Shown: positions 8,360 through 17,632, counted from the stretch's first letter. The stretch is DNA of 32,000 nt from Campylobacter concisus (GCF_003048985.1 NZ_PIRS01000006.1:65301-97300), one strand, 5' to 3'. Notes: generated by a model not told the origin, from the letters alone. Made by a program: numbers and translations.

Positions 8360-9115
8360 ATGGAAAGTATACAAGATAAAATATCCCAAAACTCTGCTCG
8401 TAGCTCCGAAATTTCTGCAGGTTGGGGCGAAGATGAGAAGCTATTTTTCAACCTTTTTGCCCTCGCTGCCCTCGCTCTCATCGCTTTGCCCGTAGGTATC
8501 GCATGCCTTGTTTTGGGCTTTGGTATGGGCGATAGTCCTTGCATCATGTGCTGGCACGAGAGATTTTGCATGGTAGCGATCTCGTTTATGGCGCTAGTTA
8601 TCGTTAGATACGGCTTTAAGGTCAAATACCTCGCTGCAATCCTCTTTTTAGCGTGCCTTGGGCTTTACGACGGCTTTTTGCATTACAGCCTAGACGGCAC
8701 GGGCGGAGGATACCTCGACATAAAGCAGGGCTTCGGGCTCGAAATTTTAGGCGCACACACGCAGTTTTGGGTCGTAGTGGTGCATTTTTGCGTCATTATA
8801 TTTTTGGGCGTGATTTTACTGCTAGGCAAAAACGTAGGTAAAATAATACAAAAAAGCGAAGAGGGCGCATACGGCGCGGTTTTACCCAAATTTGCGCTAG
8901 GCAAAGTTGCAGTTGCGGCCTTTGCGATCATTATGGCTTTTAACTGCGTGCAGGCCTTTATCACCGCAGGCCCGCCGCCCTATCTAGCCTCCGCGACGCC
9001 TTCGCGCATGAGCATCGATCCGTCAAAGTGGTTTTGGGAGCTTGATCACTGGGATGAACATGAGATAGATTTTCGCGAAAGCTGGAATCCAAAACTACCA
9101 AATTTACCAAAGTAA
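8360..9115 (+). CDS. DsbB-family-like membrane protein (CxxC), island copy with high GC
   Basis: 251 aa and multi-TM. The motif GDSPCIMCWHERF resembles E. coli DsbB PCVLCIYER. It is about two-thirds identical by eye to the 236-aa paralog at 17633-18343, with shared blocks LPVGIACLVLGFG, YLDIKQGFGLEILGAHTQFW, NCVQAFI.GPPPYL and RMSIDPSKWFWE. Confidence 0.7.
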   Translation: MESIQDKISQNSARSSEISAGWGEDEKLFFNLFALAALALIALPVGIACLVLGFGMGDSPCIMCWHERFCMVAISFMALVIVRYGFKVKYLAAILFLACLGLYDGFLHYSLDGTGGGYLDIKQGFGLEILGAHTQFWVVVVHFCVIIFLGVILLLGKNVGKIIQKSEEGAYGAVLPKFALGKVAVAAFAIIMAFNCVQAFITAGPPPYLASATPSRMSIDPSKWFWELDHWDEHEIDFRESWNPKLPNLPK

Positions 9116-9124
9116 GGATATGTA

Positions 9125-10009
9125 ATGAAAATTTTAAATTTAATAACACTTTGCACTTGCTTGGCGTTTGGTGGAGAGTTTGATCTAAATGCAACAAATG
9201 GTGCAGTTACAAATCTAACTCCTTTAAAAAAAGCTGGACAAATAGAGCTAAAACTAAATAATAGCAATCCAGTTACAGGTCTTGACTATGATGAGGAGAG
9301 CAAAAGTTTTTTGGTTGGCACTCTAAAATTTGAGCTTTACTCTATGGATGAAAATTTAGATCAGATAAAAAGCTATCTAAGAAGCACGCCTGATTGGATC
9401 ATACAGATGGAAGATACGGTTGGTGCAAGCTTTTTTAAAGGTTCTCTTGGGCTGATTAGCTACAACAAAACGTATGAATTTTTCAAATTTATACCAGATC
9501 AAAGTAAGGATGATGCAAATAAGGCGTGGAGATATTTGCATGATGGCTATGATAAATTTAGTCTTGATTTTAAGGACAGATACTACACAGTTCGCGCAAA
9601 ACAGCAGTATATTCTCTCTTGGGATCACTCTGACTTCTACGGCGAATTTTTTATAGCAAGCGTGCCAGATGACATAAAGCAAAGTTGGAGTATTGCTAGT
9701 TTTAGTGATAGCGATAACCTTTTGTCTACAGAATTTATTCCGAGCTTTGATGAGAGTCTTGGCGTAAAAGAGGGCAGAGAGATAAATGACTACTATGTCA
9801 CGGGTATGGATGCGCAAGGCGAGTTTGTTTATCTGCTCTCAAAGCAATACTCAAGCATCCTAAAGCTCGATCCACGTAGCAGAAAGATCGTGGAGGTTTA
9901 TAGCTTTGAAGGTACGAGCGATGCCCATGCGCTCGCTATTAAAGAGGACAAATTCTACGTCGCATCCAGAGAGAACGGCGTGAATAAAATTTTTATTTTC
10001 GAGAGATAA
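9125..10009 (+). CDS. Secreted periplasmic protein, possibly beta-propeller-like; paralog of 16729-17622
   Basis: 294 aa with a signal peptide (MKILNLITLCTCLAFG). The mature part contains no Cys. It is about 40% identical by eye to the 297-aa paralog, with shared blocks VGA.....LG.ISYNKT, R.KQQYIL.WD, YY.TG.D, YLLSK..S.ILKL and ALAIK..KFY. Confidence 0.65.
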   Translation: MKILNLITLCTCLAFGGEFDLNATNGAVTNLTPLKKAGQIELKLNNSNPVTGLDYDEESKSFLVGTLKFELYSMDENLDQIKSYLRSTPDWIIQMEDTVGASFFKGSLGLISYNKTYEFFKFIPDQSKDDANKAWRYLHDGYDKFSLDFKDRYYTVRAKQQYILSWDHSDFYGEFFIASVPDDIKQSWSIASFSDSDNLLSTEFIPSFDESLGVKEGREINDYYVTGMDAQGEFVYLLSKQYSSILKLDPRSRKIVEVYSFEGTSDAHALAIKEDKFYVASRENGVNKIFIFER

Positions 10010-10014
10010 AATTT

Positions 10015-10040
10015 AAGCCGTCTTTTGGGCGGCTTATTTT
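10015..10040 (+). terminator. Rho-independent terminator
   Basis: AAGCCG (10015-10020) / CGGCTT (10030-10035) with loop TCTTTTGGG, followed by ATTTT. Confidence 0.6.
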
Positions 10041-10491
10041 AAAAATAATCTAAAACATAGTATTTAATCCCTCGCTCATTGTCGAACTGATATCTGCCAA
10101 ATAATTTTTACCAAGTTGCTTAAAGTCCATTTTGTTATAATGTTATTACCAAAAGTAGCAAAAATGAAAGAGTAAATTCTAAAACTGCCAGCATATTCTA
10201 CACCGACGAAAGCAGGTAAGGTAGCCTAGGCACTAAATGCATACAAAATAGAGGTCAGAAAGGCTATAAAAGCAAGAGTAAAATAGACTCATCAAAAAGG
10301 CATCGGCACTCGGCATCATAAATTTAGCAGACTCCGCGAAGCCTGATCGCTGGTGAAGATTCTCTGGACGCAGGTTGCCATGGAGCCAGACGGAGCAGTG
10401 TAATATGTGGTAAGCTATTTTTCGGGGAAGAATTGGTGTAAATTTTGAGCAATTTTGTGAATAATTAATATCTTCTTAAAATGGACTGAAT

Positions 10492-12111
10492 ATGAAAATA
10501 TCAAAGGTAAATATAAAAGATTTTAAAAGATTTAAGGATCTAACTTTAGATTTATGCAATAAGCCAGCGAAAATAATCGCATTGGTTGGTACTAATGGAT
10601 GCGGTAAAAGTAGTGTTTTGGATGCTTTTATTGCATGCGGAGGAAGTTATGGTGGGAACATTGGGAGCGGTAGTATACCGGAAATATTCTATAGAACAGA
10701 CAATAAGAATGCGTTTCAATTAATATCGATTGAATATTTAGATGATGAGGGCAATATCATTAACAATAGCAGATTATATAGTGATCATGATTTCTATAAG
10801 AATAATAGGAAAATTATTTTTTCATTCAGAAGTCCGTATCGTTACAACACTAGTTTGAATATTAGCGAGATTAGAGCAGTAGATCCTATTGAAAACAATT
10901 CCGATGGAGCAAGCTGTTCATTAAATTTAGACAGCAAGGTAGAGGATAATTATAGAAGATTATTGGGATTTTATAACCAAATTATGGAAAGAGAAGATAT
11001 TAAGCCATCTGAAGCTAAGATTAAAGTCATAGGCTTATTAAATCAATCTATAAAAAACTGTTTAGATTTAGAAATTGTTAGTTTGGGAAATGTGGCACAA
11101 AATAACGGTACGCTAAATTTTAAAAAATCAGATTCAGATATAACATTCTCATTTGATAGTCTCTCTGCCGGAGAAAAGGAAGTTGTTGATATTTTATTAG
11201 ATTTATTTTTAAGAAGAGAGAAATATAAAAACTCTATCTTTCTATTAGATGAGCCTGAGTTACATATTAATACATCGATTCAAAAAAAATTAATGATTGA
11301 GATAGAAAAACTAATAGGCGATGAAGGGCAAATTTGGATCGCGACTCACAGTATCGGTTTTTTACGGGCATTTCAAGAAGAGCTATCTGGGAAATGTCAA
11401 GTTATTCAATTTGAAGATAATATGAAATTTGCTTCAGAAGCTATAACATTGACCCCTGTTGCAAATAATAGAACAACATGGAAATCTATTTTCAGTACAG
11501 CTCTAGATGACTTAACTGGATTAATAGCTCCTAATAGAATTATTTATTGCGAAGGGCGAGATGAACCTAGAGGGGATGGCTCTGAAAGAGGGCTTGACGC
11601 TCAAGTTTTAAATAATATTTTTAATGCAGAGTATCCAGATACTGTTTTCGTCTCTAGCGGTGGAAATACAGAGTTGGATCAAAGAAGCAGCATTGCATTA
11701 GCGATATTAGGCAAGGTGTTTCCCAATATGGAAATTTGGGTTTTTAAAGATAGAGATATGGCATCAGGAAAGCTAGTATCAGAAAAAGAGAGACAAGAGT
11801 ATTTAGCTAATCAGAATGAAAGATTTAGAGTAATGAAAAGGTGGGAAATCGAAAACTACCTATTTGATGAAGAGGTGTTGAGAAAATATTGTGCAGTAAA
11901 TCAAAAAAACTTTGATGAAGTTAAATACAAACAAAATTTTACAGATTTAATAAACTCAGATGTTAAATCACAATTTTCGCTGATCAAAAGTATTTGCTCA
12001 ATTTCAACTCATATAAATCCCGAGAATTTTAAAATAAATTTATCAAAGCTAGTGGCTTCAGATATGAATATTTATCAAGAATTAAAGTCTTGTATATTTG
12101 ATAGAAAATAG
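10492..12111 (+). CDS. Fused ABC-type ATPase::DUF4435/TOPRIM-like protein (single-gene PARIS-like AriA-AriB fusion)
   Basis: 539 aa. Motifs are Walker A VGTNGCGKSS, ABC signature LSAGEKE, Walker B IFLLDEPELH and H-loop IATHS. The C-terminal region carries IIYCEGRDE, SSGGNTE, FKDRDM and WEIENYLF, which match the Toprim-like DUF4435 pattern (EG..D / GG / D.D / IENYL). Confidence 0.65.
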   Translation: MKISKVNIKDFKRFKDLTLDLCNKPAKIIALVGTNGCGKSSVLDAFIACGGSYGGNIGSGSIPEIFYRTDNKNAFQLISIEYLDDEGNIINNSRLYSDHDFYKNNRKIIFSFRSPYRYNTSLNISEIRAVDPIENNSDGASCSLNLDSKVEDNYRRLLGFYNQIMEREDIKPSEAKIKVIGLLNQSIKNCLDLEIVSLGNVAQNNGTLNFKKSDSDITFSFDSLSAGEKEVVDILLDLFLRREKYKNSIFLLDEPELHINTSIQKKLMIEIEKLIGDEGQIWIATHSIGFLRAFQEELSGKCQVIQFEDNMKFASEAITLTPVANNRTTWKSIFSTALDDLTGLIAPNRIIYCEGRDEPRGDGSERGLDAQVLNNIFNAEYPDTVFVSSGGNTELDQRSSIALAILGKVFPNMEIWVFKDRDMASGKLVSEKERQEYLANQNERFRVMKRWEIENYLFDEEVLRKYCAVNQKNFDEVKYKQNFTDLINSDVKSQFSLIKSICSISTHINPENFKINLSKLVASDMNIYQELKSCIFDRK

Positions 12112-12249
12112 CTATTTAACGAGCTATGATGTCTGCTACCAAATTTAATATCATAATCTATCAAATGTGGTTAAATTTTACCCACAATATTTAAAGTCAA
12201 GAATTATGCAATGTTGTGTCTCTTTTGGTGGTCTATCGAAAAAAACACA

Positions 12250-12289
12250 ATTTAAAGTTAAAATTTAAAGGTCGGACTTTCATCCGACC
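12250..12289 (-). terminator. Terminator of the minus-strand molybdoenzyme operon
   Basis: Perfect 7-bp stem GGTCGGA (12270-12276) / TCCGACC (12283-12289). A T-rich tract follows on the minus strand. It lies 19 nt after the stop of the NrfD-like gene. Confidence 0.55.
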
Positions 12290-12307
12290 AGTATCAGGAA
12301 GGAGGAG

Positions 12308-13192
12308 TTAAAATATATAAACCGCGCCGAGAACGATAAATGCTCTTAGGCAAAAACCGCCGACTAAAACACCATACTCATTATATACACAGCTTTTGAT
12401 GCCTTCGCTACATCCGCATACTGCTCCATCTTTTGTCACGCCACATCTTTGTAGCATAAATTTACTGCCGCCAATTAATGGCAGTGCAAGACCAAGCACT
12501 ATAAAGCCTATCCAAAACATCGGTGCTAGAGAGCCTGATACTATTTTGGTTATGCTAGCCATGCCAGCAGCTTCGTTTCTAACGCTTGCAAATAGCATCA
12601 AGAGGGCAAAAATTTCAAGTGCCACCAAAATAGTGTGAAATTTATGCGACTCGTGGCTCAAAATGCCGCCACCACTTAGCACAGATATAGCGTTTGCGCT
12701 AAGACCTGTTGATATGGCTGAAATAGTAAATAGTATCGGTAGCCATATGCTTGCCCATAGTGGGATCGCTTTTACAACATACAAAAGTAGTCCAGTATAA
12801 CCCATCACTCCAATTGCAAGTAGCGAGCCAAAACTAAGCATCATATCGCAAATTTTGCCACCTTTTTTAACTTGTAAAAGCACGAGCACGCTAACTATTA
12901 TGAAAAATGTTAGAAGATATGTGCCGATACTCATTATAGAAACTGGTCTTGTGTAAAGACCTATGATCTTAGCTGGATTGATCGCCGCACTTGGTGCTAG
13001 GTCAAATAGCAAAAGTACAGTTCCAACTATGACCGCTACTGGCGCTAGCAAAAATCCAAATTTGTAAAATTTCTCATCGAGCTTGCCCAAAAAGCCTTTA
13101 TAGGCTAAAGCCGAGCACAAAAATGCCCCAGCACCTAAACCGCCCAAAAACAGATATATGACTATGAGCCATCCCCAAGTTGTTTGTTCCAT
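12308..13192 (-). CDS. NrfD/PsrC-type polytopic membrane anchor of the molybdoenzyme
   Basis: 294 aa with about 8 TM helices. The N-terminus MEQTTWGWLIVIYLFLGGLGAGAFL shows the NrfD-family signature. Confidence 0.8.
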   Translation of the reverse strand: MEQTTWGWLIVIYLFLGGLGAGAFLCSALAYKGFLGKLDEKFYKFGFLLAPVAVIVGTVLLLFDLAPSAAINPAKIIGLYTRPVSIMSIGTYLLTFFIIVSVLVLLQVKKGGKICDMMLSFGSLLAIGVMGYTGLLLYVVKAIPLWASIWLPILFTISAISTGLSANAISVLSGGGILSHESHKFHTILVALEIFALLMLFASVRNEAAGMASITKIVSGSLAPMFWIGFIVLGLALPLIGGSKFMLQRCGVTKDGAVCGCSEGIKSCVYNEYGVLVGGFCLRAFIVLGAVYIF

Positions 13193-13202
13193 TATCTATC
13201 CT

Positions 13203-13841
13203 TTAACTCTTAAAAGTTAGAAGAGCTCTTGACTGCTCTATCTCGTTTTCAAGATATAAATTTAAAAAATCAGCAAAGCTCACATAGGCTTCTAAATTTG
13301 TAGCCTCCTTACAGCGAGAACTAAATTTATAAAACCACTCAAACGGATGAGTGCGGATGAAGTCATATTTTTTACGTAAAATTTCATCCATTTTCTCTTT
13401 TTCGTCTGCCTGTAAGGCATTGAAGCTTAGAAAGTAAAGGTATTGCAGCTCGTATCCTATGAAATCATCTGGAAATTTATCAAACTGCTCTTTACTAAGC
13501 TTTAGTCCAGAGCTTTTATAAAAGCCACGCACCTGCATAGTCTTTTCGCCAAACATCGTTTTATAATCAAAATAAACCGACTCGTATGGCTCAGCTTTTG
13601 GGTGTCTTGGCCCTACAAATAGCCTATTAAATTCATATCTTAGCTCGTCTAGCAAATTTAGATCATCTTTACACTTATTTAGCCAAAGTATGAAGTCATG
13701 ATTTTTAAATTTATCACTAAAATTAAGGCTTATGCTTATGAGCTCATCTAAATTTTGCTCTCTAAGCTCTACTAAGAAAAATCGCCTTAAAAAGTCTTCA
13801 ACACTAAGGCTAACGCTAAGCTTTTCTTTGACCTTATCCAT
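13203..13841 (-). CDS. TorD/DmsD-family redox-enzyme maturation chaperone
   Basis: 212 aa. The motif FNRLFVGPRHPKAEPYESVY...FPDDFIGYELQYLYFLS matches the TorD family pattern. Confidence 0.75.
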   Translation of the reverse strand: MDKVKEKLSVSLSVEDFLRRFFLVELREQNLDELISISLNFSDKFKNHDFILWLNKCKDDLNLLDELRYEFNRLFVGPRHPKAEPYESVYFDYKTMFGEKTMQVRGFYKSSGLKLSKEQFDKFPDDFIGYELQYLYFLSFNALQADEKEKMDEILRKKYDFIRTHPFEWFYKFSSRCKEATNLEAYVSFADFLNLYLENEIEQSRALLTFKS

Positions 13842-13851
13842 CTTTTACTCT

Positions 13852-14403
13852 TTAGTGTATGAAATCATTTCGCTTCATTCTTGGATAAAAGCGGATATTT
13901 GGCTTGGTAAAGAAGTGTTTAAAGCCTGGCATCTCTTTTTGCATACCAGCGCTGTCGCTAACGTTGCTATCAACTAGTTTTAGTACTCCACACGGACAGC
14001 CTGCTACGCAAGCTGGCTCTTCGCCACGCTCAAGTTTTTCAGCGCAGAGATTGCACTTTTGAGCTTTACCGTCTTTACCTTTTGTGATAGAGCCATAAGG
14101 GCAAGCCATCAAGCAGTATCCACAGCCTATACACTTATCATGAAGTGGCTGTACGACACCATTTTCTAGCTTGATATATGCTCCAACTGGGCAGACATCC
14201 ATACAGGCTGGCTCGTCGCAGTGGTGGCAAGAGTGAGTTATAAAGATCTCTTTTTCTATGCCATCTTCATGTATCATAAGGCCATCAACATGTCTCCAGT
14301 TGATGTCTGGATCTTGGTTGTGATAGACTTGACATGAAATTTCGCAAGCCTTGCAGCCTATACAAAAGTTATAATCAAATAAAAAACCTTGTTTTCTTTT
14401 CAT
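13852..14403 (-). CDS. 4x[4Fe-4S] ferredoxin-type electron-transfer subunit (DmsB/PsrB-like)
   Basis: 183 aa with four Cys clusters: CIGCKACEISC, CHHCDEPACMDVCP, CIGCGYCLMACP and CNLCAEKLERGEEPACVAGCP. Confidence 0.9.
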   Translation of the reverse strand: MKRKQGFLFDYNFCIGCKACEISCQVYHNQDPDINWRHVDGLMIHEDGIEKEIFITHSCHHCDEPACMDVCPVGAYIKLENGVVQPLHDKCIGCGYCLMACPYGSITKGKDGKAQKCNLCAEKLERGEEPACVAGCPCGVLKLVDSNVSDSAGMQKEMPGFKHFFTKPNIRFYPRMKRNDFIH

Positions 14404-14414
14404 CTTAGACCCCT

Positions 14415-16706
14415 TTACATCTCTTGTTTAGCTGCTTTTTTTACTTCACAAAAGCTAGCTGTATAAGTTGAGCCATTTCCTAGATCGCTAACGCCGTCAG
14501 AGCAAAGTATATTTGCTCCAGTTCTTGATTTTGTCACTTTTACCCAGATGTTGTTCCACGCATAGACTATGCCTGGGTTCATTTGATTTGTCTCGACTGC
14601 TGTAAAGACGGCTGTACCTTTTTCGTTTGTTGCCTCAACTGTATCTCCGTTTTTGATACCGCGTGCTTCCATGTCTTCACGTGTCATAAATAGCTCAGCA
14701 TTGCCTTTAACGATAACCCTTTTTAAGATATAAGGCATATTGCCCCAGTTTGAGTTATCTTGGAGCTGAGTACCTGGCGTCATGAAATAAAGCGGATATT
14801 TTTTGAGATAGTCTTTTCCAAATTTATTGCTCTTTTCATAGTAGTCCCAGTCAGTTTCAAGGTCTATTACCGGATGATATCCTGCGTCTTTAAAGGTTTG
14901 TGAGTAAAGCTCGCATTTTCCACTCTTTGTGCCAAAAACTAGTTTGTCTTTTGGTGCATAAGGGTAGTATGGGAACTGATCCTTCATCGTTTCAGGTGTT
15001 CTAAATGGTTTGATCCAGCCGACTGATTTTAGTTTTTCATAGGTGATGTTTTGTTTTTTGGCAAATTCTGTATCCAAAAAGCGTCTGCAAACCGTTTCAC
15101 TATCCCAGTTAAAGCACTCTTCTGTATAGCCCATCGCTTTTGCAAGAGCGTTAAAGAACTCTAAATTTGTCTTAGCTTCACCAAGAGGTTTTACACTTTG
15201 AGCGTTGTAGCAGACGTATCCAGAAATTTGGTCGTTTTGGATATCCTCACTCTCCATAAATGTAACACCAGGTAGAACATAGTCAGCATAGTCACAGGTA
15301 TCTGTTTCGTAAGGATCAATTACAACCAAAAAGAAGTCATCGTCCATTACACGCTTTTTGATCAAATTTGTATTTGGTGCGGTTACCATTAAATTTGAGT
15401 TGTAGTTGATGCATGCTCTAATGACTGTGTTTATAGGCTTGTCAAGATATGTTGGATTTTCTTTTTGTATGCCTTTACCAAATTCTATATAGCTTACTTG
15501 CTGCCTTTCTATCTTTTTGCCATCTTTATCTTTTGGAGAGAGATCTGGCATGCAGTTGTCGAAATTAAAGCAGCCTTTTACATGCACATATGCCCAAAAT
15601 AGTCCGCCACCAAGCTTTGTCAAGGCGCCAGTTAAAACTGGTAAAAATGTAACCGCACGAACAAGTCTTGCTCCGTTAAAGTGTCTTTGTCCGCCGTCGC
15701 CGTGCATGATAGCTGGTGCTTTTGCGTGGGCGTACTCTCTAGCAAAAACTTTGATCTGATCCACACTTGCTCCGCACATCTCAGATAGTTCGCCATAGGT
15801 GTAGAGTGAGCACTCGTGCACTAGATCTTCAAAGCCTGTTGTGTATTTTTCCACAAATTCATGATCATATAGATCTTCTTCTATTAAAAATTTACAGACC
15901 GCTAGACAAAATGCAGGGTCGCTAGATGGTTTTAGCTGGATAAACATATCAGCTTGGTTTGCTAGAGGAATTCTTATCGTATTTATAACGATGATCTTTC
16001 CGTCTCTTTTTTTAACACGGTGAGCAAATCTTATCCAGTGTACGGCCGTATAAGCTTCGTTTGATCCCCAGCTAATGTACATATCGCTCTCATCGATCTC
16101 AAGTGCATCTTTTGAGAAGTCAGTACCTATAACGCTAGGAGTGCCCGCGTATCTTGGCCAGTCACAAGGGTTTCTAACAAGTCTTGTGGCTCCATATTTT
16201 TCAAAGAAATTTCCTGGTGCGATAGTTTTTGAGATATGTCCTTCATTGCCAGAGTAGACAAACTCGGTCAAGGCTTCGCCGCCAAATTTCTCTTTTATCT
16301 CAGTTAGCTTTGCAGCTATCTCTTTTAAGGCTTGATCCCAGCTTATCTTCTCCCATTTCCCTTCGCCTTTTTTACCGACTCTTTTCATAGGGTGCATGAT
16401 GCGGTCAGCGTTATATAGGTGCATGGCATAGGTGTGACCCTTGACGCAGACTGTGCCTTGCGTTAGTGGGTGCTTTGGATCTCCTTTTATGCTTACCATT
16501 TTGCCGTCTTTGATCTCAGCGATCATCGAACAGGCATCGCGGCAGTTTCTAGGACAGGTTAGGTAGTGGTACTCTACATTTTCCTCGTTCTTATAGGATT
16601 TTGGGTTAAAATCCACCTCAAATTGCTCCATACCAAATAGGCTAGGAGCTGTTCCAGCTGCTGCTAGAGCTGCTCCGGTGCCTTTTAGGAAAGAACGTCT
16701 TTGCAT
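14415..16706 (-). CDS. Mo-bisPGD catalytic subunit, DMSO-reductase family, TAT-exported; substrate unknown
   Basis: 763 aa. It has a twin-arginine signal (MQRRSFLKGTGAALAAAG) and an N-terminal FeS motif CPRNCRDAC...C (the Cx3Cx3C type seen in DmsA). Confidence 0.9.
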   Translation of the reverse strand: MQRRSFLKGTGAALAAAGTAPSLFGMEQFEVDFNPKSYKNEENVEYHYLTCPRNCRDACSMIAEIKDGKMVSIKGDPKHPLTQGTVCVKGHTYAMHLYNADRIMHPMKRVGKKGEGKWEKISWDQALKEIAAKLTEIKEKFGGEALTEFVYSGNEGHISKTIAPGNFFEKYGATRLVRNPCDWPRYAGTPSVIGTDFSKDALEIDESDMYISWGSNEAYTAVHWIRFAHRVKKRDGKIIVINTIRIPLANQADMFIQLKPSSDPAFCLAVCKFLIEEDLYDHEFVEKYTTGFEDLVHECSLYTYGELSEMCGASVDQIKVFAREYAHAKAPAIMHGDGGQRHFNGARLVRAVTFLPVLTGALTKLGGGLFWAYVHVKGCFNFDNCMPDLSPKDKDGKKIERQQVSYIEFGKGIQKENPTYLDKPINTVIRACINYNSNLMVTAPNTNLIKKRVMDDDFFLVVIDPYETDTCDYADYVLPGVTFMESEDIQNDQISGYVCYNAQSVKPLGEAKTNLEFFNALAKAMGYTEECFNWDSETVCRRFLDTEFAKKQNITYEKLKSVGWIKPFRTPETMKDQFPYYPYAPKDKLVFGTKSGKCELYSQTFKDAGYHPVIDLETDWDYYEKSNKFGKDYLKKYPLYFMTPGTQLQDNSNWGNMPYILKRVIVKGNAELFMTREDMEARGIKNGDTVEATNEKGTAVFTAVETNQMNPGIVYAWNNIWVKVTKSRTGANILCSDGVSDLGNGSTYTASFCEVKKAAKQEM

Positions 16707-16728
16707 GTTTTCTCCTTAAATTTGATAG

Positions 16729-17622
16729 CTATTTCATCTCAAAGATAAAAACTTTATTCTTTTTGCCTTCTCGTGAGAAGATGTAAAATTTATTATCTTT
16801 GATTGCTAATGCTCTTGGGTTATTTACCCCACTAAAACTAAATGCCTCATCTATCTCTTTGGTGGTTAAATTTAACTTTAAAATAGTTGAGAAATTTTTG
16901 CTTAAAAGATATAGCGCATCAGGCTCTACATCAACACCAGTAATGTAGTAATTGTTTAAATTTCTACCTTCTTTTAGCTCTAAATTTGCTCCAGCTTTTG
17001 GCATAAATTCTTCTAAGATCATCTTGTCATCACCATCAAATATAGCCACACTCCAGTAGTCTCTAACGTCATTTGGCACGCTAGCTGTGAAAAATTTATT
17101 CTCACTTTCTAAGTAGTCCCAGCCTAAGATGTACTGCTGTTTTGATCTAATGGTAGAAAATCTACCCTTGTTACCAAGGTCATTTAGCTTCCACGCGTCA
17201 TATCCAGCCAATAGGTGCCTCCACTGGCTATTTTGCTCATCTTTACTAAGGTTGCTAGCTGGCTCATAAAAGACAAAAGTTTTGTTGTAACTTATCATGC
17301 CAAGCTCTTTTTTATACCAAGTAGCCCCGACTGTTGCCTCCATCTCCATTATAAAATGACGGTCGTGTTTGGCGTAGCTAACCGGCTTTAAATTTTCATC
17401 TGCGATGTAAAATTCGTTGTCGTTTGAGACAAGAGCGAACTGCTTTTTGCTCTCATCGTAGTCAGCTCCAGTTATTGCATTATCATTTTGCAAATTTAGA
17501 GTGAGCGTATCTTTAAGGCCTAGCTCCTTTACGTTTTGGATCGCTCCATTTTTACTATCCATGTCAAAGTTAAACCCAAAAGCAAGGCTTGCCAATGCGA
17601 CAAAAAATATTAGCTTTTTCAT
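16729..17622 (-). CDS. Secreted periplasmic protein, possibly beta-propeller-like, with no Cys in the mature part
   Basis: 297 aa with signal peptide MKKLIFFVALASLAFG. It is a paralog of 9125-10009. Its stop codon is separated by a 22-bp intergenic gap from the start of the molybdoenzyme gene downstream on the same strand. Confidence 0.7.
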   Translation of the reverse strand: MKKLIFFVALASLAFGFNFDMDSKNGAIQNVKELGLKDTLTLNLQNDNAITGADYDESKKQFALVSNDNEFYIADENLKPVSYAKHDRHFIMEMEATVGATWYKKELGMISYNKTFVFYEPASNLSKDEQNSQWRHLLAGYDAWKLNDLGNKGRFSTIRSKQQYILGWDYLESENKFFTASVPNDVRDYWSVAIFDGDDKMILEEFMPKAGANLELKEGRNLNNYYITGVDVEPDALYLLSKNFSTILKLNLTTKEIDEAFSFSGVNNPRALAIKDNKFYIFSREGKKNKVFIFEMK

Positions 17623-17632
17623 CTTTTACTCC

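Larger units (their letters stand above)
4204..12289. mobile_element. Candidate integrative island with only the left end defined: att/tRNA fragment, integrase, ATPase, foreign-GC cassette and a PARIS-like gene
   Basis: A tRNA 3' fragment lies next to a tyrosine integrase. The cargo has heterogeneous GC content. The right boundary was not located, as no second att copy was found, and the element could extend further right. Confidence 0.35.

Noticed and set aside
8141-9267. Cluster of overlapping ORFs in several frames and on both strands (8141-8389-, 8347-8625-, 8653-8841+, 8683-8964-, 8961-9197-, 9046-9267-)
   Set aside because: These are artefacts of locally high GC, which leaves few stop codons. 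Their translations are Arg/Pro/Ala-rich nonsense. The 251-aa plus-strand frame has a conserved paralog and membrane-protein character.
10236-10479. Minus-strand stop-free reading frame (about 80 codons) through the GC-rich non-coding segment
   Set aside because: It has no ATG/GTG/TTG start until the last 28 codons and no RBS, and its translation is not protein-like (HGNLRPENLHQRSGFAESAKF). It is treated as non-coding.
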